Origin: Bacteroidales bacterium
GTDB taxonomy: Bacteria; Bacteroidota; Bacteroidia; Bacteroidales; VadinHA17
Direction: 5' to 3'
NCBI GenBank assembly: GCA_029974835.1
Contig: JARKQN010000016.1
Span: 5,379-69,378, forward strand
DNA: 64,000 bases
A program made the position numbers and the translations under genes. Each line of letters begins with the position of its first letter. Position 1 is the stretch's first letter. Positions 36,224 to 45,436 of the stretch are shown piece after piece. Under the pieces are notes generated by a model that did no database searches, was not told where the DNA came from, and saw nothing but the letters and a program-made list of their open reading frames with translations.

Positions 36224-37579
36224 ATGGATGAAAAAGGATTTCTGACAAAATTTGAAGAATCTGTACTCAGTGCATGTTCAATCGACAACGATCTTTTCGA
36301 AAAGTATGATGTAAAGAGAGGATTGCGAAACAGCGACAGGACCGGCGTTCTTGTGGGACTGACAAACATCGGTGATGTGGTCGGTTATGAGAAGAAGGAC
36401 GGAAAAGTTATCCCTGTGCCGGGAAAACTTCTTTACAGGGGCATCGAAATTTCCGATATCACGCACGGTTTCCAGAAAGAGAAAAGGCATGGTTTCGATG
36501 AGACTGTCTTCCTTCTGCTTGCAGGAAGACTACCCTCCGAGTCTGAACTCAGGGAATTCTCTGCATATCTGGCCGGACTAAGGGCATTGCCCGATTCATT
36601 CACAAACAATATGATCCTTTCTCTCAAAGGCAGGGATGTACTGAACATACTTGCCAGATCGGTGCTCGGACTATATACCCTGGATGATGACCCTGATAAT
36701 ATCTCGCTTAGCAATATGGTGCGCCAGTCGCTAAACCTGATTGCAAAATTCCCGTCAATAATTGCTTATTCATACCAGGCCCTGCGTCATGCATATCACG
36801 GGAAAACACTCTCCATACGGCATCCCCGGACAGATATAACCACAGCCGAGAACTTTCTTCACCTCATTAAGGGGGATAAAGCCTATACACAGCTCCAGGC
36901 CGATCTGGTTGACCTTGCACTTGTGCTCCATGCCGAACACGGAGGAGGAAACAACTCTACCTTCACCATGAGGGTTACAAGTTCGACTGAAACAGATATC
37001 TACTCGGCTGTAACTGCAGCGATTGGATCGCTTAAAGGGCCTCTCCACGGCGGCGCCAACCTGAAAGTCCTGGAGATGATGGAAAACATAAAAGAAAATG
37101 TGAAAGACTGGAAAGACCGCGAAGAAGTGGAGAATTACCTGCTCAGAATATTGAAAAAGGAAGCAAACGATTACTCGGGAAAAATTTATGGCGTGGGACA
37201 TGCAGTATATACCGTGTCCGACCCGCGGGCACTACTGCTCAGGGAAAAGGCACGCGACCTGGCAGGTGAATCAGGGCGCCTCGATGAATTTGAACTCTAC
37301 TGCCTTATTGAAGATATCACGCCCGATGTATTCAAAAAATTCAAAGGTGAGGGAAACGGTAAAACAGTCTGCGTTAATGTCGATTTCTATTCAGGATTCG
37401 TCTATTCATGCATAGGCATCTCGAAAGATCTCTATACCCCGCTGTTTGCCATGGCACGTATAGCAGGATGGTGCGCACACCGGATCGAGGAGCTTACCTT
37501 CTCTGCAAAAAGAATTATAAGGCCTGCTTTTAAAAATGTATACGGAACCAGGAATTATGTTCCTGTTTGTCAGAGATAG
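36224..37579 (+). CDS. gltA: Citrate synthase
   Basis: 451 aa. Carries LVLHAEHGGGNNSTF, GPLHGGAN, YGVGHAVY and VDFYSG. It starts 13 nt after icd. Confidence 0.9.
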   Translation: MDEKGFLTKFEESVLSACSIDNDLFEKYDVKRGLRNSDRTGVLVGLTNIGDVVGYEKKDGKVIPVPGKLLYRGIEISDITHGFQKEKRHGFDETVFLLLAGRLPSESELREFSAYLAGLRALPDSFTNNMILSLKGRDVLNILARSVLGLYTLDDDPDNISLSNMVRQSLNLIAKFPSIIAYSYQALRHAYHGKTLSIRHPRTDITTAENFLHLIKGDKAYTQLQADLVDLALVLHAEHGGGNNSTFTMRVTSSTETDIYSAVTAAIGSLKGPLHGGANLKVLEMMENIKENVKDWKDREEVENYLLRILKKEANDYSGKIYGVGHAVYTVSDPRALLLREKARDLAGESGRLDEFELYCLIEDITPDVFKKFKGEGNGKTVCVNVDFYSGFVYSCIGISKDLYTPLFAMARIAGWCAHRIEELTFSAKRIIRPAFKNVYGTRNYVPVCQR

Positions 37580-37610
37580 TTTAATTTTTCAAAAAAAAGA
37601 TTCAATATCT

Positions 37611-37641
37611 TTTGTATTTTAATTAATAAATTTTACATTTG
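37611..37641 (+). promoter_or_regulatory. Bacteroidota-type promoter for the thr leader/operon (-33 TTTG, 19-nt spacer, -7 TAcaTTTG)
   Basis: TTTG at 37611-37614 and TACATTTG at 37634-37641 fit the Bacteroides consensus TTTG-N19-21-TAnnTTTG. The leader ATG lies 16 nt downstream. Confidence 0.55.
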
Positions 37642-37656
37642 CCTCCGGTTTAATTG

Positions 37657-37740
37657 ATGAAAATGATTTTTACAGGCACAGGCACAACCACTGGTACAAC
37701 CGGAAAATATTTTACCGGGGATGTCCTGCTGTGTAAATAA
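37657..37740 (+). CDS. thrL: Thr-rich leader peptide (27 aa: MKMIFTGTGTTTGTTGKYFTGDVLLCK)
   Basis: ATG at 37657 and TAA at 37738-37740. Eight of 27 codons are Thr, seven of them within codons 6-15. It sits between the promoter box and an intrinsic terminator, upstream of thrABC. Confidence 0.65.
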   Translation: MKMIFTGTGTTTGTTGKYFTGDVLLCK

Positions 37741-37760
37741 AGAGACAGAATAACAGTGAA

Positions 37761-37797
37761 AAATCCATCCCCGGAAACCGGGGATGGATTTTTTTTT
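37761..37797 (+). terminator. Attenuator terminator of the thr operon
   Basis: Perfect 14-bp stem aaatccatccccgg / ccggggatggattt (37761-37774 / 37778-37791) with an AAA loop, running into T9 (37789-37797). The leader segment ccggggatg (37715-37723) is identical to the 3' arm, so it can pair with 37766-37774 as an antiterminator. Confidence 0.75.
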
Positions 37798-37928
37798 GCA
37801 GATCCTGTACCCGGGTCATAAAGGAGTGCACATTCCTCTTCTCCTGAAGGAAAAGGGAAGGCTCAGTCGAAGGAAATGAGTGTTACAACATAAAGGAAAT
37901 GGTAAGGTAAAATTTTATATAAAAGTTT

Positions 37929-40385
37929 ATGAAAATCCTCAAGTTCGGAGGTTCTTCAGTTGCCGATGCAGCGAGAATCAGGAAGGTGACGGAAATAATC
38001 AGGAATAAAGTAAGTGAAGGTGAAGATATTGCCGTGGTTGTTTCTGCCCTGGGCGGTGTTACGGGCAAATTGGTTATGGTTTGTGATTCGGTTGCTTCAT
38101 CCGCTCATGAAGCTGAGCAGATAATCAAGTGGATTGAGGATCTGCATCTTGGTGTTGCAAGAGATCTTCTTCCGGTGGAACGACAGCCGCGCATGCTGGC
38201 AGAGATAATGTCTCTATGTAATGAATTATCCGACATAGCGCGCGGAGCTTCCATTCTTTCGGAGGTTACCCCGCGTACCTGCGACATAATTCTGAGTTTC
38301 GGCGAAAGATTGTCCGCTGCCCTGCTCTGCGAAGCGCTGAAACCACTCTTTCCCGGCGTTGTATATGTGGATGCCAGGGAAATTATCAGAACAAACTCTG
38401 ATTTCGGAAAGGCCAGGGTTGATCTGGATGTCACTTTCAGCCTCATAAGGGACTGCTTCGGAAAGAATAGAGGATTAAAGGTAATCACCGGTTTTATTGC
38501 ATCGGATTCCAGGGGGCAGACTACAACACTGGGACGAAGCGGATCGGATTATACCGCCACAATAATTGCCGCAGCTGTTGAAGCCTCATGCGTTGAAATA
38601 TGGTCTGATGCCGACGGCGTTATGACAGCCGACCCTGCTCTTGTGCCTGAAGCAAGAAGTATCGAAATGCTTTCATACCCCGAGGCTATGGAACTTTCTC
38701 ATTTCGGTGCAAAGATACTTTTCCCTCTTTCCCTCTATCCGGCAATGATGAAGAAAATTCCGGTTCTTGTAAAAAATACGTTTAATCCGGACCACCCGGG
38801 CACATTGATCAGCATCGATTCCGCCCGCGGAAACGGCGTCATACGCGGTATCACTTCACTGCGAGACATCAGCCTTATAAACGTCGAAGGCAGCGGTATG
38901 GTGGGAGTTGCCGGAATCTCCGCCCGTATGTTCGGGTCCCTTTCCCAGAATAACATCAACATTATTCTCATCAGCCAGGCCTCTTCAGAACAGTCAATCT
39001 GTGTTGCAGTGAAGAAGGAAAATTCTTCGGTGGCAATAAGGATATTGCAGGAAACATTTGCCTATGAATTATCGTCCGGACTTATTTCCTCAATATACAG
39101 TGAGGATAACCTCGCAATAGTTGCTGTAGTGGGAGAGAATATGCGACATGTTCCCGGTGTGGCAGCAAAAGTCTTCACGCCGCTGGGCAGAAACGGCATA
39201 AATATCAAGGCCATTTCACAGGGCAGTTCCGAGCTTAACATCTCATTTGTGGTAAATGAAAATGATCTCAGAAAAACGCTCCGGGTATTGCACCAGGCAC
39301 TCTTCAGCAGCGAAATAAGAAGGCTGAACATTTTTATGGCCGGTACCGGATCTATCGGTACCAGGCTGCTTGAAATGATCCATGAACAGGAAAGAAACCT
39401 TTTATCCCGGAGGATTGAGCTGAAAATATGCGGCCTTATAAATACAAGAAGAATGATTTTATCCGAAGATGGAATTAATGCCGGAACCTGGAAGGATCAG
39501 CTTGAAGCCAACGCCGTCAGGGCTGACTTCGGAGAATTCTCCGGAAATGTTGTTTCGGGCCGGTATGAAAACAGTGTATTTATCGATGCCACGGCAAGCG
39601 ACCAGCCGGTTCAGTACTATTCTCAGCTGCTGTCATCAAATATCTCCATCGTGGCGGCAAATAAGCGAGCCAACACAGGTAGTCTTGAACTTTATCTTAA
39701 CCTGCAGAGATCGGCCAGGAAAAGAAATGTCTCATTCAATTACGAGACCAATGTCGGTGCAGGTCTGCCTGTTATAAACGTCATACGTAACCTCATTGCA
39801 GGCGGAGATGAGATTGTAAAAATTGAAGCTGTTTTATCCGGCACTGTGAACTGGCTTCTTTCGGAGTACAACGGAACACGACCATTTTACCAGCTCGTTA
39901 AGGAAGCCATGAGGCGGGGATACACCGAGCCTTATCCCGGTGACGACCTTCTCGGAATTGATGTGGCAAGGAAAATACTCCTCCTGGCAAGGGAATCAGG
40001 TTTTATGCTTGAGCTAAGTGAAGTGGAGGCCGAACCTGTTCTCCCGGGAGGAGTGCCTGAAGGCATCGATACTGACCAGTTGCTGGAGATCATCAGATCG
40101 CGTGAAGAACTTTTTCAGGAGCTTTACAGAAAAGCTGAAGAAAAGGGCGTGAAACTCAAATATGTTGCTTCCACCGTGAAAGGATCTGCTTCGGTAGGGC
40201 TGACGGAAACCGGGGTTTCGCATCCTTTCTCTTCCCTCAAAGGAAGTGAGAACTGCCTGATTTTTACCACAAAATATTACAGCCGGTATCCGCTGGTGAT
40301 CAAAGGACCGGGAGCAGGTGTGGACGTAACCTCAGCCGGCCTGCTGGCCGATATTGTAAGAATAGCCGAATCAGTAAGAGTATGA
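37929..40385 (+). CDS. thrA: Bifunctional aspartokinase / homoserine dehydrogenase
   Basis: 818 aa. N-terminal aspartokinase (KFGGSSV, GRSGSDYTA), two ACT regions, and a C-terminal homoserine dehydrogenase (GTGSIGTRLL, GAGLPVI, GPGAG). Confidence 0.9.
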   Translation: MKILKFGGSSVADAARIRKVTEIIRNKVSEGEDIAVVVSALGGVTGKLVMVCDSVASSAHEAEQIIKWIEDLHLGVARDLLPVERQPRMLAEIMSLCNELSDIARGASILSEVTPRTCDIILSFGERLSAALLCEALKPLFPGVVYVDAREIIRTNSDFGKARVDLDVTFSLIRDCFGKNRGLKVITGFIASDSRGQTTTLGRSGSDYTATIIAAAVEASCVEIWSDADGVMTADPALVPEARSIEMLSYPEAMELSHFGAKILFPLSLYPAMMKKIPVLVKNTFNPDHPGTLISIDSARGNGVIRGITSLRDISLINVEGSGMVGVAGISARMFGSLSQNNINIILISQASSEQSICVAVKKENSSVAIRILQETFAYELSSGLISSIYSEDNLAIVAVVGENMRHVPGVAAKVFTPLGRNGINIKAISQGSSELNISFVVNENDLRKTLRVLHQALFSSEIRRLNIFMAGTGSIGTRLLEMIHEQERNLLSRRIELKICGLINTRRMILSEDGINAGTWKDQLEANAVRADFGEFSGNVVSGRYENSVFIDATASDQPVQYYSQLLSSNISIVAANKRANTGSLELYLNLQRSARKRNVSFNYETNVGAGLPVINVIRNLIAGGDEIVKIEAVLSGTVNWLLSEYNGTRPFYQLVKEAMRRGYTEPYPGDDLLGIDVARKILLLARESGFMLELSEVEAEPVLPGGVPEGIDTDQLLEIIRSREELFQELYRKAEEKGVKLKYVASTVKGSASVGLTETGVSHPFSSLKGSENCLIFTTKYYSRYPLVIKGPGAGVDVTSAGLLADIVRIAESVRV

Positions 40386-41341
40386 AAAAATCTGTAACAG
40401 TTTTTGCCCCGGCCACCGTGGCCAACATTTCATGCGGGTTCGACATCATGGGATTCGCACTGAAGGGTGCGGGGGACGTCGTTACCGTTTCCGTAAGCGA
40501 CGGGCCGGCAGGCGATGAAATAATCCTGAAGGGAAGATATGCCGGAAGTGTTCCTGCCGGCCGCAGCCGGAACAGTGCCGGTGCCTCGGCCGACGCAATG
40601 CTGGCAGCTCTCGGCAGAAAGGAGATGAACATACAGATCACACTTGAAAAGAACCTGCCTGTAGGCAGCGGTATGGGCAGCAGTGCGGCCGGTGCCGCTG
40701 CATCGGTGTATGCCCTGAACAGCCTTCTGGGCAGCCCTTTTGATACAAAGGAACTAATTCCGTTTGCAATGGAAGGAGAAAGGGCTGCATGCGGCACTGC
40801 ACATGCCGACAATGTTGCACCTTCCCTGCTAGGAGGTTTTGTGCTGATACGCAGCTATGATCCCCTCGACATTATAACGGTAAAAATCCCGGAAGGAATT
40901 CAGTGTGTCGTTATACATCCCCACATTGAAGTTAAAACTTCAGATGCGCGGCGTGTGCTCAGAAAAGATTTTCCACTGAGTACCGTAACCCGTCAGAGCG
41001 CAAACACCGCCGCACTGATGACCGGTCTTCTGACGGGAGATTTTGATCTGGTAGGACGTTCCATGAACGACCTCCTGGCAGAACCGCGGCGTACACAGCT
41101 GATTCCCGGATTTCATTCTGCGAAGAAAGCCGCACTGGAAGCCGGAGCCATTGGCTGCGGAATATCAGGATCGGGACCCTCTGTATTTGCCCTATGTACG
41201 GGAAACGTATCATCCGAAGCAGTCGGCTCTGCAATGCAGAAAGCTTTTCTGGCAGCCGGACTCTCCTCCGACCTGATAATTTCTCCCCTGATGGCCCCCG
41301 GAGCCTCTCTGATTAACGCTGAAATCAATGATATACAATGA
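40382..41341 (+). CDS. thrB: Homoserine kinase
   Basis: 319 aa. GHMP kinase motif PVGSGMGSSAAGAAA. ATGA start/stop overlap with thrA. Confidence 0.85.
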   Translation: MKKSVTVFAPATVANISCGFDIMGFALKGAGDVVTVSVSDGPAGDEIILKGRYAGSVPAGRSRNSAGASADAMLAALGRKEMNIQITLEKNLPVGSGMGSSAAGAAASVYALNSLLGSPFDTKELIPFAMEGERAACGTAHADNVAPSLLGGFVLIRSYDPLDIITVKIPEGIQCVVIHPHIEVKTSDARRVLRKDFPLSTVTRQSANTAALMTGLLTGDFDLVGRSMNDLLAEPRRTQLIPGFHSAKKAALEAGAIGCGISGSGPSVFALCTGNVSSEAVGSAMQKAFLAAGLSSDLIISPLMAPGASLINAEINDIQ

Positions 41342-42627
41342 AATATTACAGCACATCTGACCCGTCACGGAGGGCATCCCTCGAAGAGGTGCTCCTTAAA
41401 AGTATTGATGCAAACGACGGATTATACATGCCTGAAATCATACCGGTTTTGCCCGATACATTTTTTTATGAAATGGAACATCTCAGCCCTGCCGAGATTG
41501 CATTCAGGGTTACAAAACCTGTTTTTGGTGATGACATCCCGGAAGATGTCATTAAAAGCATCGCTGATAAAGCCCTTAGTTTTGAAATACCGGTTGTGGA
41601 GCTCTCTGACAGACTTTATGTCCTTGAACTTTTTCACGGCCCCACATTTGCCTTCAAGGATGTAGGGGCAAGGTTCCTTGCAGGACTGTTATCCTGGTTT
41701 GCCGGCAGAACCGGCAGGGAAATTACTGTGCTTGCAGCTACTTCGGGTGATACCGGCGGAGCTGTTGCAAATGCTTTTTCAGAGAAGGAAGGGATAAGGG
41801 TTGTGGTTCTTTATCCTTCCGGAAGAATTAGCCCAGTTCAGGAAAAACAGATCACACGGGCCGGACGAAACATCACCGCAGTAAAACTTCAGGGTGATTT
41901 CGATGACTGCCAGAGACTTGTTAAGATGGCCTTTTCAGATGCTGACCTAAAAAAGAAGATTGTACTTACTTCCGCCAATTCAATAAACTTCGGACGGCTC
42001 TTCCCTCAGTCGGTCTATTATTTTCAGGCAGTGTCAAAAATCAAAAAGGATTCAGACCGCATTGCAGTGAGCGTGCCCAGCGGTAACTTCGGGAACCTTA
42101 CATCAGGGATTATAGCGGCCAGGATGGGACTTAAAATTTCGAAATTCATTGCTTCCACGAATATTAATAATTCCGTACCCATATATCTCAAAACAGGTAT
42201 TTATACGCCACATCCCTCATTTAAAACCATCTCGAGCGCAATGGATGTCGGTGCTCCGGGGAATTTTAAAAGGGTTCTGCACCTCTTCGGCGATAATCAC
42301 AAAGCCATAAAAAACACTATTTCAGGTTACTGGTTTACTGATGATGAAACCCTTGCCGGCATGCGCGAGTTGTATGAATCCTATGGTTACCTTGCCGATC
42401 CCCATACGGCAGTGGCATACCTTGGACTGAAAAAATACATGGATTCAAATATCTGCACGGGGATCTTTCTTGCCACTGCACATCCGGGGAAATTTGCCGA
42501 TGAGACTTTCAGGGCAACAGGCACGGTACCTGACCTCCCTGCCTTTCAGCCGGCCGGAGACTCTGTCCGGGTCGCTTCGCCCAATGATTATTCTTTTGTC
42601 AGAAAGATTATTGAAAAATCATTTTAG
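41338..42627 (+). CDS. thrC: Threonine synthase
   Basis: 429 aa. PLP-lysine region GPTFAFKDVGARF and ATSGDTGGA. ATGA overlap with thrB. Confidence 0.9.
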   Translation: MKYYSTSDPSRRASLEEVLLKSIDANDGLYMPEIIPVLPDTFFYEMEHLSPAEIAFRVTKPVFGDDIPEDVIKSIADKALSFEIPVVELSDRLYVLELFHGPTFAFKDVGARFLAGLLSWFAGRTGREITVLAATSGDTGGAVANAFSEKEGIRVVVLYPSGRISPVQEKQITRAGRNITAVKLQGDFDDCQRLVKMAFSDADLKKKIVLTSANSINFGRLFPQSVYYFQAVSKIKKDSDRIAVSVPSGNFGNLTSGIIAARMGLKISKFIASTNINNSVPIYLKTGIYTPHPSFKTISSAMDVGAPGNFKRVLHLFGDNHKAIKNTISGYWFTDDETLAGMRELYESYGYLADPHTAVAYLGLKKYMDSNICTGIFLATAHPGKFADETFRATGTVPDLPAFQPAGDSVRVASPNDYSFVRKIIEKSF

Positions 42628-43614
42628 AACCGGCCTGTGCATCATCCTCTCTTCAATAAACCCGGTAATATCGGGAAGAGGCATCTTCTGTATCACATAA
42701 ACATGCCTGCCTCCCTGATTCTCATCCCATGTGTTTGAACCGTCGGGGTTCACTATGATATTACCCCTCCGGGTATCGAAGAAGCCTTCTGTTCCGTAAA
42801 CAGCGATCAATACGGCTGTCTGGTCCCAGCTCATCCTGCCATTTCTGTCTTCCTCTGAAAGAGGAATGCTTATCCGGTATACATCTTTAACCGGACTATC
42901 CTTAATATCTGAATTAATCAGCCGCAGTCCGGTAAATATTCTTGAGCCGATTTCAAAACCTGAAAATATAATTTCACCCGGCCATTCGTTAAAGACATAT
43001 TCGGAGGAGGTCGAGTCCATGAAAACATTGAATTCCCTCCCTTTAGGGAAGAAGCCTGCCATCGATACCAGTCTTTTAACCTTTTTGGAAGCAAGCTCCC
43101 TTCCGTCGAGAGGGCATAGGCTGTCGGGCTGCGATTTCAGAAGGTTTGCGATATTGGTCAGAAAGCCCACTGTGACTAATGTCACAGAAGAATCAGCCTG
43201 TGTTGAGAGGATTCTTCTGTAAAGATATACTGCATCGGGCACCTCTTCGGTGGATCTGACAGTGTGAGGATATTTTGCCACTATAGAATCGGGCCAGTGC
43301 TGAGATGCGGAGAGGCTTACCCCTTGAGACCCGGGAGCTCCCACGGGAATTGCGGGTCGTCCGAAATAAGTGTTGATTACATCGATGCAGGGGGCAACAA
43401 GGGGGTGTTTATTTGATGATATTGTGGCCAGTATCTCAGCCTTGCCGCTGTCGGCCATTGCGTGAAGAAATGCAAGTGCACCGACATCGTCGTAGTCCGG
43501 CCCCAGGTCGGTATCGAAGATTATTTTTACAGGATGATTGACGGCCTCCGGCCGGCCGCACATTAAGGCTGAGAGCATAATCATTATCAATAATGCAGGG
43601 GATGTGGTTTTCAT
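42619..43614 (-). CDS. Secreted nucleoside hydrolase-like protein (inosine/uridine-preferring nucleoside hydrolase family)
   Basis: 331 aa with a signal peptide. N-terminal Asp cluster IIFDTDLGPDYDDVGALAFL, typical of IUNH-fold enzymes. It overlaps the thrC 3' end by 9 nt (convergent). Confidence 0.65.
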   Translation of the reverse strand: MKTTSPALLIMIMLSALMCGRPEAVNHPVKIIFDTDLGPDYDDVGALAFLHAMADSGKAEILATISSNKHPLVAPCIDVINTYFGRPAIPVGAPGSQGVSLSASQHWPDSIVAKYPHTVRSTEEVPDAVYLYRRILSTQADSSVTLVTVGFLTNIANLLKSQPDSLCPLDGRELASKKVKRLVSMAGFFPKGREFNVFMDSTSSEYVFNEWPGEIIFSGFEIGSRIFTGLRLINSDIKDSPVKDVYRISIPLSEEDRNGRMSWDQTAVLIAVYGTEGFFDTRRGNIIVNPDGSNTWDENQGGRHVYVIQKMPLPDITGFIEERMMHRPVLK

Positions 43615-43957
43615 GGCAGAAGCTTCAGAAAGATAGTAAAAGATATTTTATCATACTAAGATAAGCATGATCTGACTATTTATAAAGAGTTAAGCAAAGG
43701 AACTTTCAGTTCATCCTTATATATATTTCAAAACTTTTTACTGCAACCGGTTCCGTCTTAACAACTCTCAATTAACGGATCGGTTATGAAACGACAACCT
43801 GGTCCTCTTTAAATGTCAGTCCGGCAGGGATAATGTTTTCTCTGCAACAGTACTCTTGTAATACGTATTTTATGACGAAACCGGGATATAACATACGGGG
43901 AGGCATTTGCGGAGCAGACCTTTTTTAATTATTTTGGCGGAGCACTATTGAGAAAAA

Positions 43958-45280
43958 ATGAAAAGGTCAGTTATTTTACTTTTTGTTATTGCGTTTGCAA
44001 TAAATTCAAAGGCACAGATAGCATCGGATGAAAATGCCAGTTACAACCGGAATAAGCCGGAAAGGGAGGAGTGGCTGCGCGACATCGGGTTTGGAATGTT
44101 TATCCACTGGAGCATAGACAGTCAGCTCGGAATAGTAATCAGCCACTCGATGGTTGGAGCTTCCGAAGATTACACCAACCGTTTTATAAAGGATTTGCCC
44201 GGGACGTTTGAACCTGACGAGTTCGATGCCTATAAAATTGCAGTGCAGGCCAAACTTGCCGGAATGAAATATATTGTATTCACTGCCAAACATCATTCCG
44301 GATTTTGTATGTGGAACACTAAAACCACTGATTTTAAGATTACAAATACACCCTATAAAAAGGATATATTAAAAGAATATGTTGAAGGAGTGCGTAAAGC
44401 CGGTTTGGCAGTCGGGTTATATTACTCTCCCGAAGATTTCAAATTTTTGTATGATAATAATATTACGGTCAGAAGGGTGGGATTGGATTTGAGCGACAAA
44501 ATCATGGCTAAATATCATGATTTCATTCGCAGGCAAACCAACGAATTATTCAGCAGGTACGGCAAAATAGATGTGCTTTTCATCGATGGCAAACCCGTAG
44601 AACCATGCAAGGACGAGGCATGGAGATTGCAACCCGATCTGGTTATTACAAGAGGAGCGGTAGAAACACCCGAACAGAAAATCATGGGAGATATAAGGGA
44701 TGTTCTTTGGGAGTCCTGCATTACTATGGGAACACAGTGGCAGTATAAACCTACCAATGACGAATTAAAGTCAGGGACAAAATTGATTGAAATGTTGATT
44801 GAAACACGGGCCAAAGGAGGAAATCTTTTATTGAATATCGGTCTCGACCCTTATGGAAAGATTCCCGATCCGGAGTCAAGAAACCTGACAGAATTAGCCG
44901 CCTGGTGTTTTATTAATCAGGAAGCTGTTCAGGCAGTACGTCCGTGGATAATCTCCCATGAGGATAATATATGGTTTACGGCGTCGAAAGACCGGAAAAC
45001 AGTCTATGCCATCATTACGGGAATCTATGACTGGACCAGGGGAGACAGAAAAGATTTCATATTGAGATCTGTTAAAGCAACTGAAAACACCAAAATAAGC
45101 GTTTTGGGGCAAAACAGTCTGGTGGTTGAATACAACCCCGGAATTAATCCGGAATGCCGTTTCAGGCAAACCGAAAAAGGATTGGAAATTTCTGTGGTAA
45201 GAGCCCAGCGCATTTATAACAACTCCAAATGGCCTAACCCGGTTACTGTTAAAATTGAGAATGTTGTTCCAAACCTGTAG
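43958..45280 (+). CDS. Alpha-L-fucosidase (GH29)
   Basis: 440 aa with a signal peptide. Carries FGMFIHWS, FTAKHHSGFCMWNT, VGLYYSPEDF, LFIDG and GGNLLLNIG. Confidence 0.85.
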   Translation: MKRSVILLFVIAFAINSKAQIASDENASYNRNKPEREEWLRDIGFGMFIHWSIDSQLGIVISHSMVGASEDYTNRFIKDLPGTFEPDEFDAYKIAVQAKLAGMKYIVFTAKHHSGFCMWNTKTTDFKITNTPYKKDILKEYVEGVRKAGLAVGLYYSPEDFKFLYDNNITVRRVGLDLSDKIMAKYHDFIRRQTNELFSRYGKIDVLFIDGKPVEPCKDEAWRLQPDLVITRGAVETPEQKIMGDIRDVLWESCITMGTQWQYKPTNDELKSGTKLIEMLIETRAKGGNLLLNIGLDPYGKIPDPESRNLTELAAWCFINQEAVQAVRPWIISHEDNIWFTASKDRKTVYAIITGIYDWTRGDRKDFILRSVKATENTKISVLGQNSLVVEYNPGINPECRFRQTEKGLEISVVRAQRIYNNSKWPNPVTVKIENVVPNL

Positions 45281-45436
45281 AAGCGTGGCGGCAAGACCTG
45301 AAGCCTTCTCTGGTTGATGTAATAAAAACATTCTGTAAAGTATTGCTATCAACATTCTTACCTGTCTGCATAAATTAAATATATTTGAGTAATCATTCCG
45401 GCAGCTGATTAAAAAGATTTATTAACGTCATCATCC

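Noticed and set aside
43615-43957. 344-bp divergent intergenic region screened for a riboswitch or sRNA (hairpin aaccggttccgt...acggatcggtt at about 43746-43786).
   Set aside because: - It holds a single imperfect hairpin with no U-tract.
- There is no recognisable riboswitch core and no repeat structure.
- It is compatible with ordinary divergent promoters.
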